A stretch of 64,000 nucleotides of DNA from Eledone cirrhosa. Taxonomy: Eukaryota. The position numbers and the translations under genes are program-made. Position 1 is the first letter of the stretch. Each line of letters opens with the position of its first letter. Location: positions 13,454,001 through 13,518,000 of the forward strand of contig OZ024760.1 of assembly GCA_964016885.1 (NCBI GenBank), given 5' to 3'. A model generated the notes under the pieces. The model saw nothing but the letters and a program-made list of their open reading frames with translations. It was not told the DNA's origin and made no database searches. Shown here one piece after another: positions 43,514 through 58,141 of the stretch.

Positions 43514-43792
43514 CAGAAGGGATATTCAATTTGTTGGTAATTCAACAAATATAAATATTTATAACTGATTCAGAGCACTCGACAAGTTTTCTGGAGTATA
43601 ATATTCAATGATATTAAATAAATGGAAAACTTGAACCGTTAAGGTATTTTCCTTGGTTATGTCAAAATTTATAAAACACACTTCGTATTTTATCTGATGA
43701 AAGCATACCAAAGTTTTGGTACCCTTGAGATATATATATAATAGAATAAATATGGTTTTATAAATATAGTTTCCATTTATTTAATATCATTG
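43512..43792. mobile_element. Fold-back family B copy with decayed hammerhead (43686-43748, +)
   Basis: Arms 43606-43628 and 43770-43792. Motif tattttat-CTGATGA-aag..taccaaa/tttggta..ctt-GAGA-...TA-atagaata, with GAAA changed to GAGA. Confidence 0.68.
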
Positions 43793-44081
43793 TATCATCA
43801 TCATCATCATCATCAACGTTTAACGTCCGTGTTCCACGCTTGCATGGGTTTGGACGGGGGTATTCCCACTTGAGGCAAGAGTGATTGTCTTGCTCGCATA
43901 TAAATAAATGTGTATATATATATATAAATATATATATAAATATATGTATATATATATAAATATATGTGCGTGTGTGTCATGTTTCTATTAGCTGAAATAC
44001 TGTGATGACTTGTGCCGGGACTCTTACCGGCACAGGGTCCTACTGATGTGGTTAGGGTTAGGGGACAGAGTCCTGAGTGGG

Positions 44082-44126
<45 letters not shown>

Positions 44127-44252
44127 ATATGTGTGTGTGTGTTGCAACTCCATCGGTTCCAAAAATGAGTATTCCATTTGTTTGGACAATCTAACGGCCT
44201 GTTTGTGAAGTTAATGAGTAAGTGGCTGTGCATACCTGACACACATGAACTC

Positions 44253-44466
44253 TTAACCCTTTAGCCTTTAAACCGGCCATAACTGGCCAGATTCTCTCTC
44301 CTACTTCTGTTCAAACCGGCTGTAATTGGCTGTCCATACTGATGTTAAGGTATTGTTCTCAAAATAAATAATATCTATATCTCATAGATTCGATATTATG
44401 TGAGGTAAAGCCTTTACTGTGAAAATACAATAGTATATATAGAGTAATGTAAATGGTAAAAAGTTA
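44253..44466. mobile_element. TTAA-flanked piggyBac-like MITE (array-free form)
   Basis: ttaaccctttagccttta ... taaatggtaaaaagttaa; collinear with 16434-17088. Confidence 0.65.
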
Positions 44467-44723
44467 ATGTAAATCTGTGTGAAATTCAGCATGACCTCAG
44501 TGTGTGACAAAGCTGGCAATTGTAGTGCAGCAGTCCATCCGTTGGGCTTCCAAACAGTCTCTGTCTACACAATCTCACTGACAAGGCACAGGATGACCCG
44601 AAACCACAATAAATAATGCCTGAGATGTCACACTGTGGGATTGAACCCAGGACTTAATGATTGCAAAGTGAATTCCTTAAAAATTCAGCCTTGATGCATC
44701 TACAATCACTCTCTCTCTCTCTC

Positions 44724-44808
<85 letters not shown>

Positions 44809-44846
44809 ATAAAGGATGGTAACACACACATATATATATATGTGTG

Positions 44847-44878
<32 letters not shown>

Positions 44879-45492
44879 AAGATATTCCCATTGAAACCAT
44901 TAAACTCAAACAAAAGCTTCCCAAGTGGTTTCGATCTCTTAGTTCCAATGGATTTCCATAAATTCAATCAATATTTCTTCATTTCCTTTCTTCCATCTCA
45001 GGTGTACCGTTTAGTTCCCAACCAAATGTCAAATTTACTGCCTTCTGTTTACTATCAGGAAATATCCACCATGTTTGTAGCAATGTGACAGCTACATGTG
45101 TGAAAATGTCACTTAACAAGCACCATGTAGAACAATACTTACAACACAAAGGCTGTCATCTATGTATGTCTGTAAGTGTGTATCGATGAATGTGTCTGTG
45201 TGCACAGGTAAGAATTTAATTATATATATGGAATATATATATATATATATATATATGGAATATATATATATGATTGCTAATAAATCTTGAAATAAAATGA
45301 AAATATATTGTACAATTTGCCAGATTTATCTTGCATGCTTGATATATATAAATTTATTCATCTGGGCAAGAGTTGAGAGAATCTTAACAGTAACAAATCC
45401 AAAACCTAACATGCATATTTGCAATGAATCTGGTTATTTGGCTATTTTGGGATATGCTGTTAAGCAATCCTTTATATCCATATATATATATA

Positions 45493-46003
<511 letters not shown>

Positions 46004-47190
46004 GAACTTGATATAGAGATGTAGAGGAATGTATTTTTACATAGAAAGCCAAACAAGTTAATTCATCATTGTGTGCTACCAATGGTTTTGTAGGAGTCTC
46101 ATTCATCAGCCCAACATAATTACAAATAGCATAGAAAAGTATGTGAAAGTAAATAACTTTATGTTATTTCCTTTAAATGCTTCTGTAATATTGACCTTAC
46201 TAGAAAAGTCTTGTATTTATTTGAAGTTGAAAGTGAATAAGACGTGGGACATAAACTCAACATAGGCATGCTAGAAAGGAGATTTATATAAAGATTTTAT
46301 AATCAAACATTCTCCTTAAAACATGTAGATTAAAAGAATACAACATTGGCCAACTACATCTGGAAATGTTTTGGACTTCAATATCAAACAGAGAAATCCT
46401 TGAAATATCAAACATATAAAATTGGAAATAAAAGATGTCACCTGTGTACTTCAGAGAAGATGTAATGGAAGAGAGAGAGAGACAGGGAGAGAGTGGAGTG
46501 AAAGAGAAAGGAGAGTGAGGGAGAGAGCATTAGACAGAGAGAGGTAGTTGTATAGGTAGTTGTATGTGAGTGTTTATAAGTGTGCATGTGTGTGAGAGTG
46601 TATGAATATGTGTGCATGTATACATATGCGTATATGTGTCTCTATAAATGTGTGCTTATGTTTGAGTGTGTACACACGTGTCTCTGTGTGTGTGTGTGTT
46701 TGCATACACGTGTCTGTCAGTATATATGTGTCTGTACACATAAATGTGTATGTGTGTGCATATGTGTGTGAGTGTATATGTGTGTATATATATGTGTGTG
46801 TGTGTATGTATTCATGTATGTGTATATATATATATATGTATGTGTGTACAAATGAGTGAGTGAGTGAGTGTATGTATATATATGTGTGTGTGTGTGTTGT
46901 TTATTGTTGTGGCTAGTTGAAGAAATCAATAACAGATGGTGTATCAATGTAATAGAGATGTAAGTTTAGGAATTCATTAGCTTATATCTATTGATCTTTT
47001 ATTGATCCTCAATGTAATATCCACTCCAATTACATGGCCAATCGCTTAATATCTTTAACAAGGAGAACCATACTTCATTTCTAAAGATTTCTAACTTTCA
47101 AATAAACACGCACACATACATATGTGTGGTGTGAGTATATATATATATACATAGATGTATAAAACCTATTATCTATCTATACACACACAC

Positions 47191-47226
<36 letters not shown>

Positions 47227-47251
47227 GATATATATAAATAAATCTATAATA

Positions 47252-47545
47252 TAATGATGGCGATGAATTAGTTTTGAGAGGTTTTTGATATGAAATCGTG
47301 TGTCGAAACAGATATTGTTATACTTGGGGAGGGTCATATTGATGTAATAATATTGCCAGAAATAATAACAGCACACACTCACTGTTTGGTTGGTTTATGC
47401 TTCTGCATCTTTTATATCTCCATAGTTAATTCATCCGGCAATCAATGTTTATCATTGACTGACCAAAGAACTTTGTTAGACTATATATATGTATTTATAT
47501 CTGTATTTTTGACCGTTGGTCAGTCAATGATAAACTATGAAATGT
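47252..47545. mobile_element. Family F copy (tail plus arm)
   Basis: Similar to 62727-62940; short internal inversion cattgactgaccaa/ttggtcagtcaatg. Confidence 0.7.
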
Positions 47546-48039
47546 TGAAATGCACACTTGGGGGGGGGGGGGTCAGTGTGAGGGGAGGCATGAACTCAAG
47601 TGTGCAGTCAGCTAAATTGTCAATGTGAATTGTCAATGCCCCAAAGCTGAATTGTCAATGTGAGGCCCCAAAGATTTTACCCCTACTGGCAGAAGTTATC
47701 AACCAGTGAAACTAAATATGGTCCCTGCTGTAGAGATGTATTTTAAGAACTGACAGAACATAAAATTCTCGTCCTTTTTATTTAAAATGTCAAAAGTAGC
47801 GCAAAGTGGAATTTAAGTAAATATAATTCAAGATGAATTCTTTCCTGCAGCAATATCTCTATATATGAGTGTGTGTGTGTGTGAGTGAGTGTGTGGTGTG
47901 TAGGTGTGTGTGAGAGTGAGTGCTTACAAGTGTACATTTACATAAGTTTGTGTATATGTGTATACATACACACATATTTATATATATGTATATATATATA
48001 TATATATACACACATATATATATATATATACATTTATAT

Positions 48040-48096
<57 letters not shown>

Positions 48097-48268
48097 TATA
48101 CATAAGCAGGCCATCAAAGAGTTACTGAGACAGATATGTAGATATATGTTGTGAATAAAACATGCAAAAAGGTGACAGAATAATTTATAAGCCTTAAGGA
48201 ACATTATGGATTATATATATATATATATTATAATGTATATATATATATATATATATTATAATATATAT

Positions 48269-48382
<114 letters not shown>

Positions 48383-48946
48383 AAAGATAGAAAGATAGAT
48401 AAATGAATGTATGTATGTCGGTATATATATATATGTGTGTGTGTGTGTATATATATGTATATATATATATATATGTAAGTATATATATATGTGTGAGAAA
48501 GATATAAAAATGTTTTGAAGATAAATGGAGAGAAAGTTCCAATAGTGTAAGAGAGCCAAGTGGCAACATAGAGAGTTATAGAAATATATATATAAGCGGT
48601 GAGAGGCATTTCTGGAGAGATATATACCGTTTAACATATACAAGTATAGCTGTAATCACACTTCCGTTAATGGAATCTGGATAAAAAGACGTCTCCCAGT
48701 CCATAACTTACTATAGGTATTTCTAATCCTAACACCCCCCTCAACATCATCTCACAATACTACCCCCCTCTCTCAACATCATCTCGCAATACCCCCCCCC
48801 CCCCCTCTCTCAACATCATCTCGCAATAACACCCCACCCCACCCCCTCTCAACATCACTGGTATATATTTCTTTTTTCTTTTTCTTCTACTTTGTCTTGT
48901 CTGTTGTCTTCCCAAAGCTCACATAAATAGGATCATAATTCACACC

Positions 48947-49002
<56 letters not shown>

Positions 49003-49026
49003 GTATATATATTTATATATATATAT

Positions 49027-49137
<111 letters not shown>

Positions 49138-49138
49138 C

Positions 49139-49211
<73 letters not shown>

Positions 49212-49242
49212 AAAATATATATATATATATATTTATATATAC

Positions 49243-49286
<44 letters not shown>

Positions 49287-49600
49287 ATATTAAATAAATG
49301 GAAACTATATTTATAAAACCATATATATATATATATATCCCAGTGGAATGATATATATATAGATAGATACACCATAATACACACACTATATATATATATA
49401 TACACACCATAATACACACACTTTATATATATACACACCATTATACACAAACACATCATATTGTCATTTGTCAATATACATTAAGAAAATGCATCATAAA
49501 ACAGGTAGTTATGAGAGTACTCGATAAAACTAATGTTTTACCGATATATCACCCTCTCTCTCACTCTCTCACTCACTCTCTCTCACACACCCTATCTCAC

Positions 49601-49673
<73 letters not shown>

Positions 49674-50467
49674 TATTAGTTAAAGTAGAGGATCTACTGC
49701 AAGGTCAGCAGTTTCGTTCGGCAAGATAGTTTTAATTGCCAATAAAGTATTGATGGCATAATGTACTTTTATATATGTATGTATGTGTGTGCATGTGTGT
49801 GTATATGTGTATGTGTGTTTGAGTGTGTGTGCATGTTTGTGTGAGTGTGTGTGTGTTTGTGTGCATAAGTTTGTGTTTGTGTGTCAGTTGATGCTTGTTT
49901 GTGTGGTTCACATGATTGTATCAGTTTTTCTGTAACAGTACAGAACCTAACAGAAACATTGAGTACTTCATATATATATTATATATATATATATATATAT
50001 CATCATCATCATCATCGTTTAACATCTATCTTCCACGCTAGCATGGGTTAGACGGTTATATATATATATTGGTCATTATATATATCATCATCATCATCAT
50101 TTTACGTCTGCTTTTCCCTGCTTGCAATGGTTTTAACAACAGATGTATTGAGTACTATATATATAATGGTCTCATTCAACAGATGTATTGAGTACTTTTA
50201 ATTAACAAATGGATACTCCGTCACTCCTAATTACAAAATTTTAGCTGGGATAAATTACTGACATGAAGTGCTTTCGGATTGCTTGAACTGGTTTATTCTT
50301 ACAAAGTTACTGTGTAACACCCAAGTATTAACACCTTATCTTCACTAATATATATATATATACACATACAGTATATATATAAATGTATAATATATATATG
50401 ATGATTTCTTTTGAATGAAACAGTTCTAGTCCTGCAGAAGGTATTTCTATTATTTAACATAATCGGA

Positions 50468-52730
50468 CTTATTCTCCGGTCTCCTGGAAGCGGTCTACTG
50501 CAACTGGCAACAGAACGGGAGAATTCCCAGTTCTGTAACCGGGGGCGTGGTCACACTAATCAGGAAGGATGAGAATAAGGGGGATGACATAGGCAACTTC
50601 CGGCCCATAACTCTGCTAAACACAGAGTTACAGATTTTGGCCAAGGTGTTGGCAAAGAGGCTGGCGCTTGTCGTCGAGAACCTGGTGGGAGAAGCGCAGA
50701 CATGCGCGATCCCGACCAGGTCCATACACGACAACCTCCACCTCATGTGATACATCATAGAGAGGGTAGGGTGTAAACCCGGCTTCGGTGGGGCCCTGAT
50801 CAACTTGGATCAGTCTAAGGCTTTCGATAGGGTTGACCATTGTTACCTGGATGCGGTGCTCGAGGCGGCAGGCTTCGGACCCGTGTTCAGGGGCTGGATT
50901 GCTGCAATGCACAACAGCAACATCTGCTCAAGGGTCAAGGTGAACGGTTACCTCTCGGAGCCGTTCCATATTACGCGATCCATTCGACAGGGATGCCCTC
51001 TCTCCTCCCTTCTGTACGTACTGACTCTCGAGCCACTACTGCGGAAGCTGGAGCTATTGCAGGGCATCCCTCTGGAACCGGGACTGCGGAAAGCGGCGTC
51101 AGCCTACGCCGACGACGTGACAGTAATGGTGTCGAGCGCCTCGCAAATCGAGGAAGTCGGCACCTTACTAAAGGAATACGAAAGTCTCACAGGAGCGAAG
51201 CTGAACCGGGACAAGTCCATCGGTTTGCAACTCGGATCGTGGAGAGGCAGACCGATGCCTTCCGATGGCGTCGTCGGACGCTGGACGGAAGGACCGGTAA
51301 AGCTGCTCGGGGGTCTGGTTTGGTCCGGACCTCCAGGTGGAGAAGAACTGGAACGAAGTGACGGCCAAGGTGTTTGCACTCACCCAGAAGTGGGCCGAGT
51401 GCAAACTATCCTTGAAAGGTCGAGCGGAGGTGGCGAACACTTTTATAGCGTCCGCCATCTACTACCGCTTGACCGTCGTGCCTTGTCCAGCCAAAACGCT
51501 CGCCAAAATGGAGCGCGCGCTCTTCCGATTCCTTTGGAAGAGGCGGGCTCCTTTGGTGAGAAGATCCATCTGCTGCCAACACCCTTCTAACGGAGGGCTG
51601 GGGATGCCGTGGTTGACGATGCGCAAACACGCGCTCAGGCTGCGGCATCTCTACGTATTCCTCACCGGACAACCGGTGTGGGCCCCGTTCATGAGGCGAG
51701 CCTTCCCACGACTCGTCTCGCTGACCGAGCTGCAGTCCTGGGTCAAGCAGAGACCGAGGAAAATGGGCGACTGGCACATCGAATGTGCTCAGGCGCTCAC
51801 AGCCCTCTGGCAGGCAGACCCGGCGATCAGTGGAGACTCCACTTTGTCATTCTATAGAGGGTTGGTCTGCAGCAAGTGCGACGGCGCGCTCGGTGAAACT
51901 CTAGGCGTAGAGGAAGAGGAACTGGCCAGTCTGTTCGGTAGGACCTTCCGCCCGGGACCGATGGACAACTTCCAAAAGTCCCTGGCCTGGCCTGGCAGTG
52001 CTACCGAGGAGCTCTACCAGTTCGAGACAAGCTCTACAGACATGGGCGCCCGGGCAGGGACCCTGCAAAAAAGATCTGTCCGAGGTGCGTGCGAGACGAA
52101 GAAACCGTCGCGCACGCATTCATACACTGCCCGGGCGTCACTGACCTGTGGGGCTATGTAGAACGACTATTGTCGCGGGTGGGACCAATCCAGTTGACCA
52201 CCGAGTCCATTGTCATGATCAAACCGCCACCCTCCTTCAAAAACGAAGGAGAGGCGGTTTTCCTTTGTGTGATAGCTATGGCGAAAGAGGTTGTATGGTG
52301 GACAAGGTTGAAAGGGCTGAGGTCAGACACCTTTCTCTCCGGCCAACAACTGATTCTTTTTTTCAAATACCACTTTGGAAGAAGAATCAGGATGGAGAGA
52401 GAGGTGCTGTACCCCAGCAAGTTTTATGAAAGGTGGGTGAAAGTGGCGAGAATGGCCCGAGTGAATGGCCTTCTCTCTATATCAGCCTGTAGGTTGAGGA
52501 AAAGGAGGAGGAGAGGAAAGGAGTACAAGCTCTTCGTACTCCTGGAGATGAGGGTTGCACATTTTTTTTCGGGGTATGTGTTACCCATATAAACTGTCTC
52601 CCTCTATTGGGGAAAATCGACTAACTTTTAAATTCCATCTGTGATAACATTTTACACGTTTTTATTGTATGTAAACTTCCCCCTTTGTATTTGTCCCCTT
52701 CTTTTGTGCCCCTGTGGCTAATAAAGAAAT
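50468..52730 (+). mobile_element. 5'-truncated L1/Tx1-clade LINE ORF2 pseudogene
   Basis: FRPITLLN, DQSKAFDRVDH, SIRQGCPLS and AYADD motifs; C-terminal CxxC...H...C; stop at 50748-50750 and two frameshifts; AATAAA then (ATCT)n. GC-rich island in AT-rich DNA. Confidence 0.93.
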
Positions 52731-52796
52731 CTATCTATCTATCTATCTATCTCTATATATATAGAGATAGATAGATAGATAGATAGATAGATATAC

Positions 52797-52843
<47 letters not shown>

Positions 52844-53732
52844 GAATAGCTCGCTATAGGTGTTAGAAATGTAAAATGGCCAATCCTGTTAAATGAACGA
52901 TAACATTAAGTGGTTCCATTATAAATGTTTGACGAAAAAAAAAGAAAAGGATTTCTAAAATGGAAACAACAACAACAAAAGCAACACCAAAAATGGAATC
53001 ATCATCATCAACAACAATAACAATAAAGAATTGAACATTTTCAAGTATTCTTATAGAAACTATTTATTCCTTACAATATATATATACATATATATAAACA
53101 TATATATATATATATGTATCCTCTCTATCTCTCTTACTATATATATATATATATTCTTTCTAACACAGGCACAAGGCCTATATTTTAGGGGAGAGGCGGG
53201 TATGTTGATTATATTGGCCTCAGTATTTGACCGGTACTTTATTTTTTCAACTCCGGATGAAAAACAAAGTTGACTTCTGTGTGATTTTGACTCACAATGT
53301 AACTAAATACTGCAAAGCTTTTTGTCTAATGCTTCCCCCCCCCCTTCTCCTCCTCCTCCTTCTTTGTCTTCTAATCCTTTCCTGAAATTGTTGATCTAAT
53401 CAGTCATCCATTTGTTATCCTTATTTTCATTACCACAGGGATTTCTCCTGAATGAGTCTACTGTATGGAGAATCAATATGCAACGAGGTGATATTTTTTC
53501 CTCCATTTTCTGTTCTTAGTCATTTGTTCTTATTAGAGAAACCATTGACAATTCTTATCTTTGACAATGACCATTTTTATAGATCAGGAGATCTGCCACT
53601 AATATATTGGCAAAGAAATGAGGCGCGGAAAGACAGCGATGAGGACTCCATGCAAATATACAGCTTTATTAAATCATTTATCAAAGAGAAGCCCACATTG
53701 CATGAAACACTTTCCCATATACACACACAAAC

Positions 53733-53772
<40 letters not shown>

Positions 53773-53974
53773 CCTTATATGTTTTACATGCTTTTGGCAT
53801 ATAGAAAATAGAAATGATAAGGCAGTCCTTGAAAGGAAAATATACACACATATATATATACCACATATAATATACATAGAAACACATATATATATATATA
53901 CCACATATAATATACATAGAAACACACACATATATATACCATATATGATATACATACAAACACATATATATATA

Positions 53975-54756
53975 CAGAGTGTTTCAAAAAAGTTGATATC
54001 ATTTGAGATGTAAATATGCAGAAACTCCAAAGTCTCAGACAAGATGGGCCAGGCTTAATGTTGAGCAAGCTAAGAGTTATTGCTCAACATTTGCCAGGCT
54101 TAATGTTGAGCAAGCTAAGAGTTATTGCTCAACCTTTGCCAGGCTTAATGTTGAGCAAGCTAAGAGTTATTGCTCAACATTTGCCAGGCTTAATGTTGAG
54201 CAAGCTAAGAGTTATTGCTCAACATTTGCCAGGCTTAATGTTGAGCAAGCTAAGAGTTATTGCTCAACATTTGCCAGGCTTAATGTTGAGCAAGCTAAGA
54301 GTTATTGCTCAACATTTGCCAGGCTTAATGTTGAGCAAGCTAAGAGTTATTGCTCAACATTTGCCAGGCTTAATGTTGAGCAAGCTAAGAGTTATTGCTC
54401 AACATTTGCCAGGCTTAATGTTGAGCAAGCTAAGAGTTATTGCTCAACATTTGCCAGGCTTAATGTTGAGCAAGCTAAGAGTTATTGCTCAACATTTGCC
54501 AGGCTTAATGTTGAGCAAGCTAAGAGTTATTGCTCAACATTTGCCAGGCTTAATGTTGAGCAAGCTAAGTGTTATTGCTCAACATTTGCCAGGCTTAATG
54601 TTGAGCAAGCTAAGAGTTATTGCTCAACATTTGCCAGGCTTAATGTTGAGCAAGCTAAGCGTTATTGCTCAACATTTGTCAACATAATAACACTATATAT
54701 TTTAATGTGATAACCTTGGGAACAGGCCATGATATTAATGTTTTTGAAACACCCTG
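53975..54756. mobile_element. Tc1/mariner-type MITE carrying a 45-bp hairpin tandem array
   Basis: TA|cagagtgtttcaaaaa ... tttttgaaacaccctg|TA. Confidence 0.75.
54048..54678 (+). repeat. 45-bp minisatellite, 14 near-identical copies, each with a 12-bp stem-loop
   Basis: Unit gccaggctt-aatgttgagcaa-gctaagagtta-ttgctcaacatt-t. Confidence 0.97.
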
Positions 54757-55060
54757 TATATATATATAAACAAATATATATATATATATATCAACTAATA
54801 TATATATATAAACAAATACATATATATATATATATATATTTGTTTATATATATATATATTAGTTTATATATATATATATTTGTTTATATATAAACTAATA
54901 TATATATATATATAAACAAATATATATATATATATAATCTAATATATATATATATAAACAAATACATATATATATATATATATATTTGTTTATATATATA
55001 TATATATTAGTTTATATATAAACAAATATATATATATATAAACTAATATATATATATATA

Positions 55061-55101
<41 letters not shown>

Positions 55102-55105
<4 letters not shown>

Positions 55106-55270
55106 GGCTTCTACAGGACTAGAACTGTTTCATTTGGGAGCTGATGATTTCTCCCAAATGAAACAGTTCTAGACCTGTAGAAGCCATTTCTATATTAAAT
55201 ATTTATACTCTGCTATGTATTGTGTACCTTACTTACTGTGGTTACCCACGATTGAACCTGGGATAAACTT
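55102..55270. mobile_element. Asymmetric fold-back element, family G
   Basis: Arms 55102-55140 and 55151-55189 with CTGATGA in the spacer; 81-bp tail; related fragments at 50399-50455 and 50180-50256. Confidence 0.68.
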
Positions 55271-55281
55271 ATATATATATA

Positions 55282-56001
55282 TAGTGGCGGACTGGCCAGG
55301 TTGCCAAGTTGCCCAATGGCAAGTGGGCCCCACTAATATTCTAGGGGTCAATGCTTTGCTTTCAAAAATACCTGAAATCTAAGAGAAAGAATAAAATATT
55401 TTAAAAATAAGTAAAACAATTAAGCAAAGCATTTGGTCAACCAATTTCCCAGAGAATTACTAGAAATCGACCTTAAGTAAGACACGAATGAGAGCACAAC
55501 ACTTTGTTTTGAAAATTTTGAAAGTAGGTTTATAAGTATGAATTTTCGTAGTTGTCTCTGTGGCCTAGCGGTAGATACTAGAGACGGTGGAGATCCTGGT
55601 CAAGAGGTACATGTAACCTTTTTCAGTTTTTATTTTACAACCAATAGAAAAAAACTGAAAAGGTTTACCAGGATCGAACTTCAAACAGGATCACCACCAT
55701 CTATGATTCCTCCAACTAGGCCACCGAGACAGCTACTGAAGTATAATGAAAATTGATAATTATAAACCTATTTTCAAAGGTGTCGTTCGTGGCTTTCCTA
55801 GAGCTATTAGTAATATTTAGGGTCGACTTCTGGAGAAGGTAAGGTATTTCTCTGCCAAAATTTGATTGCACTGTTTTGTTTCCACTTATATAGTTTCGAA
55901 AATGTTATCTATTCATTATAAAAATTAAATGATAGTATTCTATATGTAGGTGGGCCCCCTTCAGCTCCTGGCAACCAATATTTTTAGACCCAGTCTGCCA
56001 C

Positions 56002-56003
<2 letters not shown>
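55282..56003. mobile_element. Non-autonomous DNA transposon (hAT-like TIRs)
   Basis: tagtggcggactgg ... ccagtctgccactg (14-bp TIR, 2 mismatches); subterminal gtgggcccc at both ends; inserted in (TA)n. Confidence 0.65.
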
Positions 56004-56038
<35 letters not shown>

Positions 56039-56043
<5 letters not shown>

Positions 56044-56353
56044 ATTAAATAAATGGAAACTATATTTATAAAACCATATTTATTTCATTATAAGTATTTC
56101 AGAGATATCATATTAACAATATGCTATGCCTTCCTCAGACAAAATACAATATAAACAGTATTTTGTCTGAGGAAGGCATAGCATATTGTTAATATGATAT
56201 CCCTGAAATATATATAATGAAATAAATATGGTTTTATAAATATAGTTTCCATTTATTTAATATTGTAAATATACTCCAAATATTTGTCGAGTGCTTTTAT
56301 ATCAGTTATAAATATTTACTAGTTGTAACCCAACAATTTAAATATAACTTTCC
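56039..56353. mobile_element. Asymmetric fold-back element, family B
   Basis: Arms 56039-56147 and 56158-56266; 87-bp tail; TA-flanked; short relative at 49281-49322. Confidence 0.8.
56159..56224 (+). ncRNA. Type I hammerhead ribozyme
   Basis: tattttgt-CTGAGGA-agg..catatt-gtt-aatatg..cct-GAAA-tatata-TA-atgaaata; 8-bp stem I with two G-U pairs. Confidence 0.7.
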
Positions 56354-56358
56354 ATATA

Positions 56359-56391
<33 letters not shown>

Positions 56392-56833
56392 CTGTGTCTA
56401 AACATGCCAAATATGGAATGTATAAGCAAGACATGTTTCACTGGTCAGCCTAGTCAGGCATGACATGTCAAGAGGTTTTCTTGTAGTTGTGTAGTTATGT
56501 ATGACATAAGTAACATACATACACATTAACAGAATAAGAATATAGAGATTAACAGAATGAGAACATGAATATAGAGATTAATAGAATAAAAAGAATATAT
56601 ATATGAACTGGTTGATTAAGCAACATATATATATAGATTGATAGATAGATTGATATATGACAGAGTAAGCAAGATATATACAGAGAGAGATAGACTAAAC
56701 AGCATATATATACATACATAGACTATACAATATATAGATAGAGATAGAATAAGAACGACCACATAGAAGAATGTGTGAAGAAATAAAAATGAAAGTGTAA
56801 TCGATACATTATAATATAATACAACATTATATA

Positions 56834-57015
56834 ATTGTTTCTACTTTTGGCACAAGGCCAGCAATTACCCAGTGTATTGCTGGTACTTTATTTTATCGAC
56901 CTCGTAAGGATGAAAGGCAAAGTTAACTTCGGTGGGATTTGAACTGAGAATGGCAAGGGCCATAACTCTATGCGTCAAAGCATGGCGTCTGACCTCTACC
57001 GATACTGCCAATCCA
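56834..57015 (-). mobile_element. Full SINE family 2 copy
   Basis: Head ggattggcagtatcggtagag through tail agtagaaac; flanked by a duplicated acaacattatataat (TSD). Confidence 0.85.
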
Positions 57016-57284
57016 CAACATTATATAATATAATAAAACAATAGTTGATGAGAAACCTGGTTGCTGGGATGAGTTTTATTGGTTATTTCATGAGGAGTTT
57101 ACAGTTATAAAGTATAGTGACGTCAGTGGTAACTTGATAAAGCTAGCAACAGTGAAATATTGAAATGAACTCTGTTGTAGACATCAGGAGGTTTTGTGGT
57201 TATGTATTCTAGCAGTTTTATAGATTCATACTTTAGCCTGAAAGAAGGTGGATGTAGAGAAATGAAACTAGAGTCAGAAGGTGT

Positions 57285-57325
<41 letters not shown>

Positions 57326-57432
57326 GGAGGTGAGTTTTACTGTACCACAATAAAGCAATGCAAATATCGGATAAGTATGATTTGACACTTCACTGCTCGC
57401 AAGTGTTTATTAAGCTTCATATCATGTCTCCC

Positions 57433-57503
57433 TATTTTATCTGATGAGAACGCAAATATCATCCCATGATGATATTTGTTTTTGAAATGTGCATAATAAA
57501 ATA
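57433..57503 (+). ncRNA. Type I hammerhead ribozyme in a TA-flanked insert (57322-57540)
   Basis: tattttat-CTGATGA-gaacg-caaatatcatc-ccat-gatgatatttg-ttttt-GAAA-tgtgca-TA-ataaaata: perfect 8-bp stem I and an 11-bp stem II core. Confidence 0.8.
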
Positions 57504-57533
57504 CATGGAACTCTTTTAACCATCTTTTGATTT

Positions 57534-57566
<33 letters not shown>

Positions 57567-57842
57567 CAAATAAATTATCGAGAATCGGAACTTCGTCCCA
57601 CGAAATAACGAAAAAACAATCTTCGAAATGTGCGGCAAAGTGCTCAATGGTTCAGATAAACCAGAGCTATAACTAACGTTTAATACCAACACACTGAGAC
57701 GATGCTTAAACAATCATTCGCACAGCCAAAAATATGACCAAGAAAATTCGGGTCAAACAAATAAAAATATATATGAATATATATATATACACATATATAT
57801 ATGTATGTATGTATTGCATGTGTGCATATATATATATATATA

Positions 57843-57962
57843 TAGGAAAAGGTATGACCCCGACGGGGTCATACCTTTTCCTATTACCCACTCTACTACC
57901 CTAAGTATTGAGTACTCTGGTGCGTTATGGTCTACCTGTTTTATTACCACAATTCCTTTGTT
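57843..57962. mobile_element. Fold-back family E copy
   Basis: Perfect 20-bp arms with a 1-nt spacer (57843-57883) plus the family E tail. Confidence 0.78.
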
Positions 57963-57981
57963 ATATATATATATATATATA

Positions 57982-58059
57982 CAGGGTGTCCCCCCAAAAT
58001 ATATACACACTTCAACAGCATTCTCATAAAAGTGTGTATATATTTTGGGGGACAAATTG
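57982..58059. mobile_element. Tc1/mariner-type MITE
   Basis: TA|cagggtgtcccccc...ggggacaaattg|TA; related to 15512-15611. Confidence 0.7.
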
Positions 58060-58087
58060 TATGTATATATATATGAATATATGTCTG

Positions 58088-58141
<54 letters not shown>

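Noticed and set aside
44051-44063. Two TTAGGG telomere-type units
   Set aside because: Too short to distinguish from chance.
54048-54678. CRISPR-like array of palindromic repeats
   Set aside because: No unique spacers, no cas genes, eukaryotic context; the overlapping ORFs simply reflect a 45-bp unit.
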